DNA from: the human T2T-CHM13v2.0 reference genome, Homo sapiens
Length of the DNA: 64,000 nucleotides
Reading direction: 5' to 3' (one strand)
Assembly: GCF_009914755.1 (NCBI RefSeq)
Contig: NC_060947.1
The notes under the pieces were generated by a model, which saw only the letters and a program-made list of their open reading frames with translations, made no database searches and had not been told where the DNA came from. Below, piece by piece: positions 44,218 to 60,514 of this stretch (its first letter is position 1; every line of letters starts with the position of its first letter). Made by a program: the position numbers and the translations under genes.

Positions 44218-45162
44218 GATACTATTAGTAACTATCTCAGAAAGATTCTGAAGAACTAATGGGCCAATGTTTGTAAAGAATTTAACACAGTGCCTGGCAC
44301 CTGGTACATGCTCAAAAAATATTAGCTATTTCTGAGCCTTTGTCCTGGCCACAAACTGAATGAAGTCACACACTGAGCTCCAAATTCCAGCTACTGACTA
44401 TCTTTCAACTTTCTTTTAACATCTTTCATTTTAAAGCACATTAGATGCCCCAGCTGAACTTGTCTTCAGTTCAGCTCACTTTAAGTCCTTTTTCTCAGTA
44501 CTTTTGTGGCAACTTTGTCCTTTCCACTGGCAAGCCCTCCTGGGACTACAAGCACACTAGGCCCCACCAACCACACTGGACCCAACCACGCACTGAGAAT
44601 CCATAAAGAAAAAAAAAAAAATCTTCAAAATCTCTGATTTACTTGGTGCCACCACTCTACCCACAAGGGGGCGCTACCTAATATATAATCCTTACGTTTT
44701 TGCTGCAGAGATGAATCAAAACCTAAGACAGTGGCAGAATATGAAATCCATGTAAACAGACCCCCAAATTTGTCTGGAGACCAAACCCCTAATGTTGGCC
44801 ACAGCCTGCGACTTGTAGCCTAGCCTCGAGATGAGTCGTATTCTGCGGACCGTACAGCCTAATGGTTAAGGCCATGGCTTCTGGAGTCAACCTGCTTATT
44901 TTCTGATTCTGGCTCTATCATTTCCTAGCTGTGTGCACTCTGAGCCTGAGATTTTAACTGGAAAAGAGGGATACTATTAGCAACTATCTCAGGAAGATCC
45001 TAAGGAGCAAACAGGTCCATGTTTGTAAAGAGTTCAACACAGTGCCTGGCACCTGTTACATGCTCAAAAAATGTTAGCTCTTTCTGAGCCCACATCCTGG
45101 CCACCAACTGAATGAGGTCACACACTGAGCTCCAAATTCTAGCTACTGACTGTCTTTCAACT
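44218..45162 (+). repeat. Dispersed direct repeat, ~193 bp (44218-44410 and 44970-45162)
   Basis: Co-linear match, e.g. 'gtcacacactgagctccaaatt..agctactgact.tctttcaact' in both copies. It extends beyond the MIR part. Confidence 0.92.
44658..44676 (+). promoter_or_regulatory. Candidate CTCF binding site
   Basis: TACCCACAAGGGGGCGCTA versus consensus TGGCCACCAGGGGGCGCTA, with the core CpG retained. Confidence 0.65.
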
Positions 45163-46390
45163 GGCTATCTCATACAGCACGGTCCTGGGATGGTGGCTGG
45201 TGGTTCCATGAACCTGCATTCCCACTAAGGGTGACACAATTTGAGGTTCTCTGATGCCTCTCTCCCATGTCCACCCTGGCCAGCTTCCTGCCATGTGCAC
45301 CCTTATGCATTCAGGCCAAGGCTTCAGGTCAGTGTGCTAATTTTGGATTTCAGCTCCCCTGCTGGCCTTGGCCTTGGAGGCAGGCTTAGATTACATGTTC
45401 CTGCCCTGGAGAGCAAACCTATCCTCCCCAAACAAACAGGTACATGTACGCCACACAGTGAAACAGACACACAAACATTCTGTCTCACACACACACACAT
45501 ATACACACATACACACTCTTTCACCCAAACTCCAGGAGCAAATCCCTGCCCAGCGGGGAGGGAGTGAAAGGTAACTGAGCCCTGAAAGACAGCTGGGCAG
45601 CCAGCTCAGCCTCTGCCAGGCACTTTTCCTAGTAAGGGCATCCTTTGGGCGACAATATCCAATTGAAGACACAGCCGATAGGGAGCTCCATGACTGTTTC
45701 CCTTAGCCCTGCTAGCAATGTCCCCAGAACCTTTTTGGGTTCTGTATTTAGAGAGCTGCTGGTACTCAATGACCCGGTCAGCCGGCAGCTGGTGCCTGCC
45801 TGCCTGCCTCTTCTCTCTCTTCCTCTCCCAATGGCTGTATCTGTGCCCATAGAGATAAGTGATTCGAATTCCTCCAGTTTGTGGTCTTCCTTAGTGCTGA
45901 GTGTGGCCCAGGAGTGCCCTTTCCCAGTGTCGTTTGTAAGTTTTGACCCTGCATGCTTCAATCCCTCCCTTGCCATTTCAGTTTTTTCCCCAAAGGGCTG
46001 GATGAATTCTAGCTTCTCCAGCTGGAGGAATGTGTGGATAAGTCCTCCAGGGTCCCATCAGTTTATGAAGATGGGCTTCCCCTGGGTATGATTCCAAAAC
46101 ACCCGTGGATTCATTTCACAAATATTTAATGAGTCCCTATTATGTGTCAAACATTGTTCTCAGTGTAAGATACATAGTTTAAAAAAAAATGAAAGAATTC
46201 TCAAAGGAGCTCAAGAATAAGTGGGCTAACATGCCAGTATGTGCTTACTACATGTTAGGCACTGTTCTGAATGTTTTACCATCTATTAACTTCAAAACCA
46301 TTTGTTGGTCTTCAAAACCTCATGATATAAGGAATATTATTATGCCCATTTTACAGACGAGGAAGCTAAGGATCAGAGAGGTTTCATCAC

Positions 46391-46829
46391 TGTAGTAATT
46401 TGAATAGCATCCTCCAGATTCACATCCATCCAGAACCTCAGAATGTAACCTTATTTGTAAAAAAAAAGCCTTTGCAGACATAATTGTTAAGAATTTTGAG
46501 ATGAAATCATCTTGGATTTGGGGTGGGTCCTCAGTTCAATGGCTGGTGTCCTTTTAAGAAGAGGAGAGGACATCACACAGAGACACAGAGAAGAAGGCGA
46601 TGTGATGATTGAGGCATAGGTTGGAATGATGTGTCTATTAGTCAGGGATCACCAAAGACTGCCGACAATCATTAGAAGCTAGGAGAGAGGCATAAGACAG
46701 TTTCTCCCTCAGAGCCTCCAGAAGGAACCAACCCTGCAGATCCCATGAACTGTGAGAGAACACATTTCTGTTGTTTTAAGCCATCCGGTTTGTGGTACTT
46801 TGTTACACCAGCCGCAGGAAACAAATGCA
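46391..46829 (+). mobile_element. MLT1B/C MaLR solo LTR inside a MIR
   Basis: 'cagaacctcagaatgtaaccttatttg...ccctcagagcctccagaaggaaccaaccctgc...gcaggaaacaaatgca'. Confidence 0.88.
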
Positions 46830-49800
46830 GTGACTTACAGAGCTAAGATTTGAACTTCAACAATCAGCCTCCTGATTCTGTACTCTCAACCCCTCCTGCC
46901 TACTATGCCTCACTCTCAGGTAGGGAAGGTGGTTAGGGGGCCTCCACTGAAGAAGCTAGAAAAGTAATGCCCATGGTGACCCCAGATGAGTAATAGCCTG
47001 GCCCCTTCTAAACCTCAATTTTCTCATCTGTACCATCAGGAATTGGGGCTAGATGGTCTTTAAGGCCTCTTCCAGTTGTGGCATTTTTATGAGTCTATGA
47101 TTCATAGTTTTGGGGGAGAGGTGGCACAGTGGCAGTCATGAGAGCAGGTTGTGGACGAGGGGATAGAGAATACACATTATATGTAATTGACTGATTTTCA
47201 AAAGGCCTGTGGATAAAACCCTATTATGGAAAATTTTTCATTATCTTTCCCTGTTGTTCTCTTTATGTCTGTTTCTCTCTGACTCCCCCGCCTTGCCTGT
47301 CTTGCACATGCATATGCATCCCCACACCCACACACATGCCCAGAGACTCCTCTCCAATCCTGGAGAGTAAGTTCATATTTATGAATTTCAAACTGGTGCA
47401 AAGGGAAGGGGCCAGTGTATGAGTGTCCAACAGTTCCTGGCAAGGGGAAAGGCATTGTGGGGAGGGGTGGGGAGGGCTCTAGAGATTTGGGGCTGGAAAC
47501 AGTGTTATTAAGTATGTTCATTAATGAGCCTAAGAAGGAAATGACTAATACATTGATGGAAGGAGGCTGATGGCACCAAACCACTTGGTTAATTAAAACC
47601 ACAGAGGTCTTAGAGTGACTCTGAAAAGCCCCTGAGGATGGAAGTGGTCGATAGAAGGAAAATAATAAAACCAAGAAAGACCATTCGGGGGTAATCATTG
47701 AAGGAATGTCTTGCACAGAGAGGTATCTAAGACTGGGAAAAGAGAAAAAGGACAAAACATCACAATTCTACTCCCCTGGGAGCACTAAAAGCTCCCTAGC
47801 ACTTGCTTGTTTTTTTACAAATGTTGTGATGCCTGAACATAGCTGTTTGCCTAGCAGCCACTGAGAAAGGGTCTGGGCCAAGGTCCAGAGCAAATGAGAG
47901 GAGCTATGGCACCCCATGAAAGCCTCTAAATATTGGTCAGGTGGAAGGGCATCTGAGGGTCTTTTCCATTGTCAACAGCCAAGTGGCAGAGAGTCTCCCA
48001 GGCTAGATATAGCTTTCTCTAGATTAGCTCCCAGAAGGTGTTTCAAATGAAATGACAGGAAATGACTTTGCAAATTGCCACAGCAATAATTTAGGTTCTG
48101 GGTGGTCATTTGTGGAGCAATGATTGCTACCTCACAACTTGTATACAAAGACGTTTGCCGTAGAGACTGTCCTTAAGGCTTTATCTCTTGGAAGAGTGGT
48201 AAAGTACAAACACTTAGAAGTCTGAAATTAGACTAGACTCAGCAAGCTGCCCAACCTTGGTTTCTTCACCCATAAAATGGGAATAATTATAGTGTCTACT
48301 CATAGGGTTGTTTTAAGGATCAAGTTAGAAAACACAGAAAATGTACTATGCTTGGCATATAAGAAATACATAGCAGCCTTTGTCATTTCTACCTAGATGT
48401 CTTTCATGTACCTCAAATTTGACATAACTCATTACTTCCTCACCCTATGTCCCTTATCTCAGTTAATGGCATCACCATTTACTCAGTTTCTTAAACTATA
48501 AATTTCAGAATCATCCTCAGTCTCCCTGTTTTCCTTCAACCCCCACATTCAATTGACCACCAAGGCCTAGTTCCTCTTCTTGATCCCTCTTGCCCCACGT
48601 TGCCTCCACCTAGTACAGATCCTCATCATTTCTTGCCTGAATGACTGCAACAGTCTCCTAACTGGTTTCTATGCTACCATCTCTCCCCTCTGCAGCCCAT
48701 TATCCACAGTGTGCCCAGATAAGCTTTTAAAAATATGAGTCTGATTAGGGAACTGTGCCTTAGCTTAAAACTTTTTCAGGACTCCCGCTTTCCTTAAAGA
48801 TTAAGTCCACTTTCCCTATTTTTTCCCACAAGGAAATTCACATTCTCTTCCTGTCCAGCCTCCTGTCTACTCCTCATATATTTGAGCCTCTTTGAATCTC
48901 TTTTCCAAATATGCCATGCTGTCTCACTGTTCCATGCCTTTGCAGATGCCGTTTCCTCTACTCTTACCTGTTGAATCCCTACTCATCCAAAGCCGGTTCA
49001 AATGTGCTCTCCTTTGGGAAGCCCTTCCTGTCCCTCCAAAGTGGATATTTTGCTCTCCTCCTTATAATCCCATAGCACTTATCCAGGACCTATGTCCAGT
49101 ACTTCTCTTGTTAGCTAGAGATTGTTTAAAGATGTACCTATTTATCCCACTGGTCTGAGTACTCCCTATCCCCATGCAGTAGTGAGAACAAGCTTCCATA
49201 GTCCAAGGACTAGAATCATGGCATCTGGCTATGGCCAGTCTGTGTCCTGGACTCTGCTCTTCTTATTTCTCTGCTGAGTCCAAAACAAACACTGTCATGG
49301 TCCCCCAGGGAACTTGAGAAACAGAGAAAATCCAGGTGACAGGAATTGATGTTGAACAAGCTGGTGCTACTGGATAAAATCTCATAACAATCCCTGATCA
49401 GCTTCCTGTCATTAAGATAAATGGCCCAGTGCTGATGGCTCTGCAATTACCAGCTCTTCTAATTGAATGTCGAGACCCTGCTTTTGGAAAACCAGTGGCT
49501 TAAGCCCTCCCTGCCCAACCCTAGGTATATGTTCTCTTTGGTCTCTATTCAAATTCAACAGACAGGTATTGAGTGCCTACCATGTGCCAGGCATTGTGCA
49601 AGGCATTTTATAAACGTATCTTCATTTAATCATCATAACAATCCTATCAGGAGGATATTATCATCTCCATTTGAAATATGATAAAAAACCTGATGGCTCC
49701 AGAGGTGAAAGGATTTGCTTGAGATTACTCAGCTAATAAAGACGACAGGTATCATTTAGTGAGTTCCTACTGTGTGTCTGGCACTGTGTAAAATACTCTA

Positions 49801-51429
49801 TGGCCACTATTTTAACTATACAACTCTGAAAAGTAGATATTATAATCTCCATTGTATAGCTGGGGAAAACAGGGCTCAAAAATGAAATGATTTGACCAAT
49901 ATCTCATGACTAGTAAGTGGCAGAGCTGGGACTATTAATCCATGTCTTTCTGTCTTTAGATTCAGTAGTCTTTCTACCACACCACATGGTCTCTTTGACC
50001 TCCATCACACTAGAGTTCTCCAAATTGAAAGGCTGTATTATCCATGGCAAAGAGAATCTGTTCACAGTGGTGCTTAGCATGTGGCACGGACAAATTAAAG
50101 AATGAAAGCCAGGATGCTCCAACCCAAACTTTAGGGACAGGTACTGCTGTGAAAACAGTCCTAGGGAGGGCCAGCCCATTTTGTGGCACACTGCCCTGCC
50201 TCTTCAGGTCCCTGGGGTGAGCATCTTTAATTCTCAGGGTCCTGGAGGAAAGCTACTTTCCTGGCATGAAACGAGTTTTCAATGAGGAAACATATTCCCA
50301 TCACAAGCCCATTGCTCGAGAGACAATCTTTGTTGACAAAAATTGAACAGAAATAGGAGCTGAAGCTGAAGCCACAAACTTTTCCATATGGTCATCTTTT
50401 GGGAGACACATGGATGATATAGCTGGCACATCTGCTAAGCATCCTTCCTGGGAGCCACTAGTTTCCTGTGTGGTCCTGGACTTCATTTCCACCACAAATC
50501 CAATGAGGTGATACACCAGAAGCCCTCTAAGGTTCGTCTAGTTTAAACCTACAGTTCTGGGTCCTCAAGAAGCCAACTTTGATTAGCTGGTAACCTGTTG
50601 AGTGCTGGGAGTTTCTCGGGCCAGCTCCCAGGTTAGTGTCAGGAGCGCCATATACCTAAGTGGCCAGTTTTGGACATATCATCAAGTTGGGTGCTTCATC
50701 TTCTTCCTGACAGGCTCTTAAAGTAAGTGGACTGATGGGGTGGACAGGAAAATGATGACTCTGGCGCAGACTCAGCAAGATCCTTTAGTCTCCCCACCAC
50801 CAGCCAGAGCCAAAGCCAAATGAAATGGCCTTTGGAACAGAACTGGCTCATTCCATTAAGGAGATGAGAGTTCTATTAATTGGAAAGAAAGTTTCAAAGG
50901 CAGGCAGGTCAGCAACCAAGGCCCATGGCTAAGCACTACTCTCTGGGTAGGATAAATGGGGGCATTCTCCAGGCTTTGTGGTAGAGGTTGGAGAGCAAGA
51001 AGGCAGCTGAGCTCAAATGGAGAGCACCAGCCTGGCAAATACAATTAGAACCAGTCAGGGCTGCCCTTACCCACTCCTCATCCCTGCCACTTCAAACTCC
51101 TTCACATCGACAGAATTCCATGTCCTGTTTTCAAACCCCAGCCCATTCCCCATTACTTTCTGAATTTGTCCTCCCTGCTTATGTTATAATTCCCTGATGC
51201 TGTGGAACATTTCAAGCATGATAGAAGGCTCTCTCGTGCCTTTTCCCAGTTAATATTCCTCCAAGAGGTAACCACTAATCCAGAATCATCTGGAAGGCTT
51301 GTTGCACGGATGACTGAGCCCCACCTTCAGAGATTCTCATTAAATAGATCTGGATGCAGCTCAAGAATCTGCATTTATAACAAGTTCTGAAGTGCTGCTG
51401 TTGCTTTGAGATGCACTGTGCTAGTCTGA

Positions 51430-52230
51430 CTTCTATCAGCAATGTTCAGCTTGCTTGTTCTTCAATGTACTCTTTCATGTCTGCCTTCTTTTATTCATCC
51501 CTACGTCTGTAAAATTCATCCATGTTGTTGAATGAGCCAGTAGTTTATTTTTTACTGTATTTGTAGCATTTCATTGTATGAACATATGGCATTTTATTTA
51601 TCATTCCACTGCTGAGTGGACATTTGAGTGATTTCTAATTAGGGACTATTATGTATGATGTTGTTGCTATGAACATTCTTTCTTTGTCCTTTTTAGAAGG
51701 TTTATTTTTATTTTTATTTTATTTTAATTTTAAGTTCCTGGATACATGTGCAGAAGGTGCAGGTTTGTTACATAGGTAAACGTATACCATGGTAGTTTTC
51801 TGTACCTATCAACCCATCACCTAGGTATTAAGTTTCGCATGCATTAGCTATTTATTCTGATGCTCTCCCTCCCCGCACCCCCTGACAGTCTCCAGTGTAT
51901 GCCAGTGTGTGTTGTTCTCCTCCCTGTGTCCATGTGTTCTCATTGGCTATAAACACTCTTGTACATGTTTTTAGGTGGGCATATGCACTTATTTCTCAAT
52001 ATACCTAAGTATAGAATTGCTTGATCATAGGTTAGGTTAGATCAAGTATGTATTTTACTTTGTTAGATACTGTCAAACAATTTTCTAAAGTGATTGTTCC
52101 TATTTGTACGCCTACCAGGAGAGTATATGAATTCTTGGTGCTCCTTATCCTTCCCAACACTTGTACTGATATCTTTTAAAAGAATTTAGCCATTTTTGGA
52201 TGTGTGTGTGTGTGTGTGTGTGTTCATGGT
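51430..52230 (-). mobile_element. L1ME-type fragment with nested L1PA8-type 3' end (51681-51945)
   Basis: Nested 'ttttaagttcctggatacatgtgcagaaggtgcagg'. Degenerate TSD GCTATRAACAYTCTT at 51666-51680 and 51946-51960. Confidence 0.8.
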
Positions 52231-52806
52231 TTTAATTTGCATTTAGGATTTAACTAGATTTCATAGTGTAAAATTGTTTGTAGTGATGGAAATGTCCAGT
52301 ACAGGGCCTTCAAACAAGTGACAGCTGGTATGGACACTGCACATACCAGCTCAGATGGTATGGAGGAGCACTGGATGAAGAAAGGATGGGGAAATGCTCA
52401 AGGGAAAATCCAAGCTTCTTCACTTTTTTGGTTCACTATTCTCCCTTGTATAAACAAGGCAATTCTCCCCTTGGAATGGAGTTGAGGCCTCAAAGTTGGC
52501 TTTTGAGCTTGGGAATACTGAGACTGTTAATGCCAATCCTCCAGATGGAAATGAACTTGGTATATTGGAGGTATAGAAGAAGGGTAATATGGTTTAAATG
52601 TAAGAATAAAAGGGGAGGATATAGATAATATCAGAGAGATCAGCAGGGACCATCTTTTAGAGGGTCTTGTAGGTTTTGGGAAAGAGCTAGGAGCTCATTC
52701 CAAGCACAATGAGAATCCAGCAAAGGGTTTTTGAAGGGAGAGTGACAGAACATGATTTATATTTTGAAAATATCACTGTGTTTAATGTGTAGGGCAATGG
52801 TTCTCA

Positions 52807-56372
<3,566 letters not shown>

Positions 56373-58287
56373 AAAAAATACCGATTCCTGAGTTTCACCT
56401 CCTTAGATTCTGATTCAATTGGCCTGGAGAACAGCCCAGGAATTTCAAGTTAAGACAGAGAGAAGTGGACATATTTGAGACATATTTTGGATGTGAGACA
56501 TACTGGGTTTGGGGAGTCTCTGTGGACTATAGGGAGAGAAAGGGGTAAAAGAAGTGACCCAGCATCTTACTTGGGACTTTTAACAGATGGTGGTGCCATT
56601 CACTACAATGGGGAGCACTGAGGGAAGAGGAGCAGATTGGGGGTGGGGCCATAAGTTCAGTGTTGGCTATGTTGAGTTTAAGATACGTGATCTGTTCAGG
56701 GAGGTAGACAGGACTCCATAATAGACTGGATTTGGAAAGGGCAAAGGGAGAGGAAGAGCCGTAGAGGATTTCCTGTGCTCATGTCCTATATTCTCATCTT
56801 GGTCATTTCCACTTCTCTGATTGGGATCCTATCTCTGTTCTCTGGATACTAATAGCCTAATCAGGTAAACTTCTTCCTGCAAATGTGTTAACTCTATTTT
56901 ATAACCCCTTGAGATGCCTTTACCCAACTAAAATACACAAGTCCTACGTCCTTCAAAGAGTAGCTCTTCTGATAGAAATTTGAAGCCTCTGTGGATGATT
57001 GGTGGGGAAAGGTTGAAAGAAACTGTGCTAGAATTTTGCCCCTTCAATTTCAGTGAGAAGGAGATGGACTTATCAAGATAAAACAGGGTGTGCCCTGACT
57101 TCCTTTAGGAAAATTCAAACGCTGAGCTAGAAGTTTTATATCTATTATCTCATTTAGTATCTCAAATCACTTGAGTTGTTATTATTACTATTTTACAATT
57201 AAAGAAACCAAGGCCAAGGAAGGTTAAGCAACTCATTCAGAGTCATACAACTAGTCAGATTTAGAACCCAGAAGCATATTTCTGCCATGAGTGCTGAGAG
57301 ATTTTTATTCATTAATTCATTCTCATTGTGCACTAGAGTACATGCCTCTGGGAGTCCAGAGGATCCTGCATAGAGCCCTTCTGAGGAGTATCAAGGGAGT
57401 AAAGAGTTCCTTTAGATAGAAACTAGGTTGACTGGTGGACTGGAGTAGGATCACCATTAGTGAGCTCCATCTCCTGGGTCCTGCCTTGTAGTAATCTGTC
57501 ACCACTTCTGCTCCTGAAACAGAGATTCCCAAGAGCAGCAAGAGCCTTTAAAGAGCAAAGAGGCTCGTTCTAAAGGTAGGGAAACAGGTTAGAGAGAGAC
57601 AAGGTAGTTTGCCCAAAGTCACAGAGCCAATTAGAGGCAGAATCAGGGAAAACCTTTTGGTGGGAGGTTCCCAAGAGCATATATCTCCAGGAGGATGCAG
57701 CTTTCTAAAAGAAGTAAGTAGGGGAAAGAGCAGAAAGAATCCTGGGGCTATAGCAGAGAACTCTGCCCAGAACCACTGCAGTCACGTCCTACTCACTGCT
57801 TGCTCCCTGTGCCAGCCAACCCCACAGCCTTCGCTCAGGGCTGGAAAAAGACACGGGACAGGGCTCCTTAATGAGAACATTTGGGAACCCGGGAAAGGTT
57901 AATGATCTGCAGCCTCGACCATCCATCAGCTGCCTAGCCAGGGACAGTAAACACCGTTACTCATCTAATTAGCCAGGAAAGGCTGGGCAGGGGCTGAAGA
58001 TGGGGCCTTGGAGATTACAAAGTAAGGGTCCACTTGCTTAGGGTGCTGAGAGAGGCTACCAGAGGGCACAGGCCACCATTCCTGGAGGCATTTGTAAGGG
58101 GGCTCACTCTTAGCTGGTCCCCCTGCAGCTCTGGCTGCAGGCATGTGGTGAAAGGCATGGATATTTATTGAGGGCCTCTTCTGTGTCAGGCACTGTACTC
58201 ATCAATTCTACGTGTCAATTTATTGTGTCCCCCCCAACAACACTGCAAAGTTCTTACATTTATTGAGCACCTGCTGTATGCCAGTCA

Positions 58288-58616
58288 CTATATATATATG
58301 TATATGTATATATACACACACACATATACACTATATATACACACACACATATATACACTATATATATATATATATAGTGTATATATTGCAAATAGTTGCT
58401 GCAACATAAAAAATAGTTTTTTTTTTCACGAGAAATAGGTCCAATCTTCTGGGCTACTAAAGGGAGTGAATGTGCATATAAGTGTGTGCCTGGGTGCTTG
58501 CATTTGTGTGTGTGGAGTTGACAGAAACCACCACATAGGCATGTGTATACTTCTTCCTCACACTCTCACCCATACAAGCATAGCTTCTTGCAAAGTTGAA
58601 TGCAACCCAACACACT

Positions 58617-58652
<36 letters not shown>

Positions 58653-58661
58653 TGAGTGATT

Positions 58662-58730
<69 letters not shown>
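58288..58730. repeat. (TA)n/(CA)n/(GA)n microsatellite complex (58288-58385, 58611-58730) enclosing the duplicated segment
   Basis: Seen directly. Confidence 0.95.
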
Positions 58731-58733
<3 letters not shown>

Positions 58734-60514
58734 TATCTTAATCCTTCCAAGAATCCTAGGAAGTAGTTGGTATTGTCCTCATGATATGGTTTTGTTCTGT
58801 GTCCCCACCCAAATCTCATCATAAATTGTAATCTCCAAGTGTCAGGGGAGGGGTCTGGGGGAAGGTGATTGAATCGTAGGGGCAGACTTCCCTCTTGCTG
58901 TTCTCATGACAGTGAATGATTTCTCACAAGATCCTGTTGTTTAAAAGAGTGTGGCACTTCCGCCTTCCCTCTCTCTCTCTCCTGCTCCACCATGGGAAGA
59001 TGTGCCTTGCTCCCCCTTCATCTTCCACCATGATTGTAAGTTTCCTGAGGCTTCCCAGTCATGCTTCCTGTTAAGCCTGCAGAACTGCGAGTCAACTAAA
59101 CCTCTTCTATTCATAAATTACCCAGTCTCAGGTAGTTCTTTATAGCAGTGTGAAAACGGACAAATACACTCCATTTTACAGGAGAGAAAACCGAGCATGA
59201 TTGGTTAATTTGCTGATCTATTCAGCAAATATGTATTCATGCCCACTCTGTGCCAGGCACTGTGCTAGGTCCTAGGGATATAATGGTAAAAAGACACACA
59301 TTTTGCCCTTGTGGGGTACCTACTGTCTAATGGTGGAGACAAACATTAAACATGAGCTCCACAACTAGAAAACAGCAAAACTAGATAGGGATCTAGTGTA
59401 GGGGAAAGCTGTAAGAAGGATGATGAGGGGCCTGAGGTGACAGGTGCTGTGGCAATCAGACCAGTATACCCTTGCTCATAACTGGCCTAGTCTGACTTCA
59501 GGAGGCTAGGCCCTGGGGTAAATGATGTATTTCTGCTTGGGGAAGTGGGAGATACCACTCTAGACATATGTGCTCATTGGACTCTGTGCCAGTGAGTGGG
59601 AGAGAATTCTCTAGATACATGTGCACATCAGACACATGTGCTCAAAGGTTCTTTGCTTTCCCAGCTGCCATGAATGATTCCAGCTCCAGAGAGGAGGTAT
59701 TGGGGTTAGGGATAACTTTGTGATTGCTGAACAGTCAATGGAGTGGGCCACAGCTGGGGAATGGGTATTCTTTGAGCACCTGGTGTGTGCCAAACCCTGT
59801 GCGAAGTCCTGTGAGGAGGTGGCTGGAAGCAGTCAAAGACTGTTTTTTTCCAGGGAGGCTTTTAATATAGGTTGCAAATGGGACTTATTTTTGTGGAAAG
59901 ATTAAGGAAGATAGCCAGTTAAGAGCTGAATAGGGCAGTTCTGACTCATCAGCTTAGAAGCCTGGGACTCCTTGAGGACTTCTTGGAAGAGAGAGAGGGA
60001 GGGAAGCAGAGCAACACACAGAGTGTGAAGGTGGGTAAGCAGAAAAGTGTGATGGAGAGGGAGAGAGAAAATAGGAGACAGCAAGAGATAGAGGAAAGAG
60101 ACAGAGACAAAGTGTGATAGAGACCAGAGCAACAGAGAGACTGACAGACAAAATGAGACGGTAGAGGGAGTGAGAGAGAAAGAGAAAGTCTGGGGCCTGC
60201 AGTTGGACAGGAGGAAGCTCAAATGATGAGGTCACCCCGCACCCAATTTGAGGCCCTACAGACCATTGTGGAATCAGGCTTCAAATGGTTGCTGCATCAT
60301 AAACAAAATAGTTGTGTGTGTGTGTTTTTTTTTCACCAGAGATGGCTCCAATCTTCTGGGCAACTAAAGGGAGTGAATGTGCATATAAGTGTGTGCCTGG
60401 GCGCTTGCAATTGTATGTGCGGAGTTGACAGAAACCACCACATAGGCATGTGTATACTTCTTCACACTCTCACCCTTATAAGCATAGCTTCTTGCAAAGT
60501 TGAATGCAACCCAA
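58389..60514 (+). repeat. Dispersed direct repeat, ~225 bp (58389-58610 and 60282-60514)
   Basis: The 170-bp core differs by 7 substitutions and one 3-bp indel (manual count). The ORF track shows the same peptide in both copies. Confidence 0.97.
58782..59168 (+). mobile_element. THE1D-like MaLR solo LTR inside a MIR
   Basis: 'tgatatggttt..tctgtgtccccacccaaatctcatc...tgattgtaagtttcctgaggc...aaattacccagtctcaggtagttctttatagcagtgtgaaaacggac.aataca'. Confidence 0.9.

Noticed and set aside
45629-46091. Overlapping 115-aa (-) and 148-aa (+) ORFs in non-repeat sequence
   Set aside because: No recognisable protein similarity. The minus frame has an in-frame stop just upstream and I found no convincing splice context. 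A BLASTX/PhyloCSF check would settle it.
47198-47755. 185-aa minus-strand ORF
   Set aside because: Non-ATG start and no recognisable family. Length is compatible with chance.
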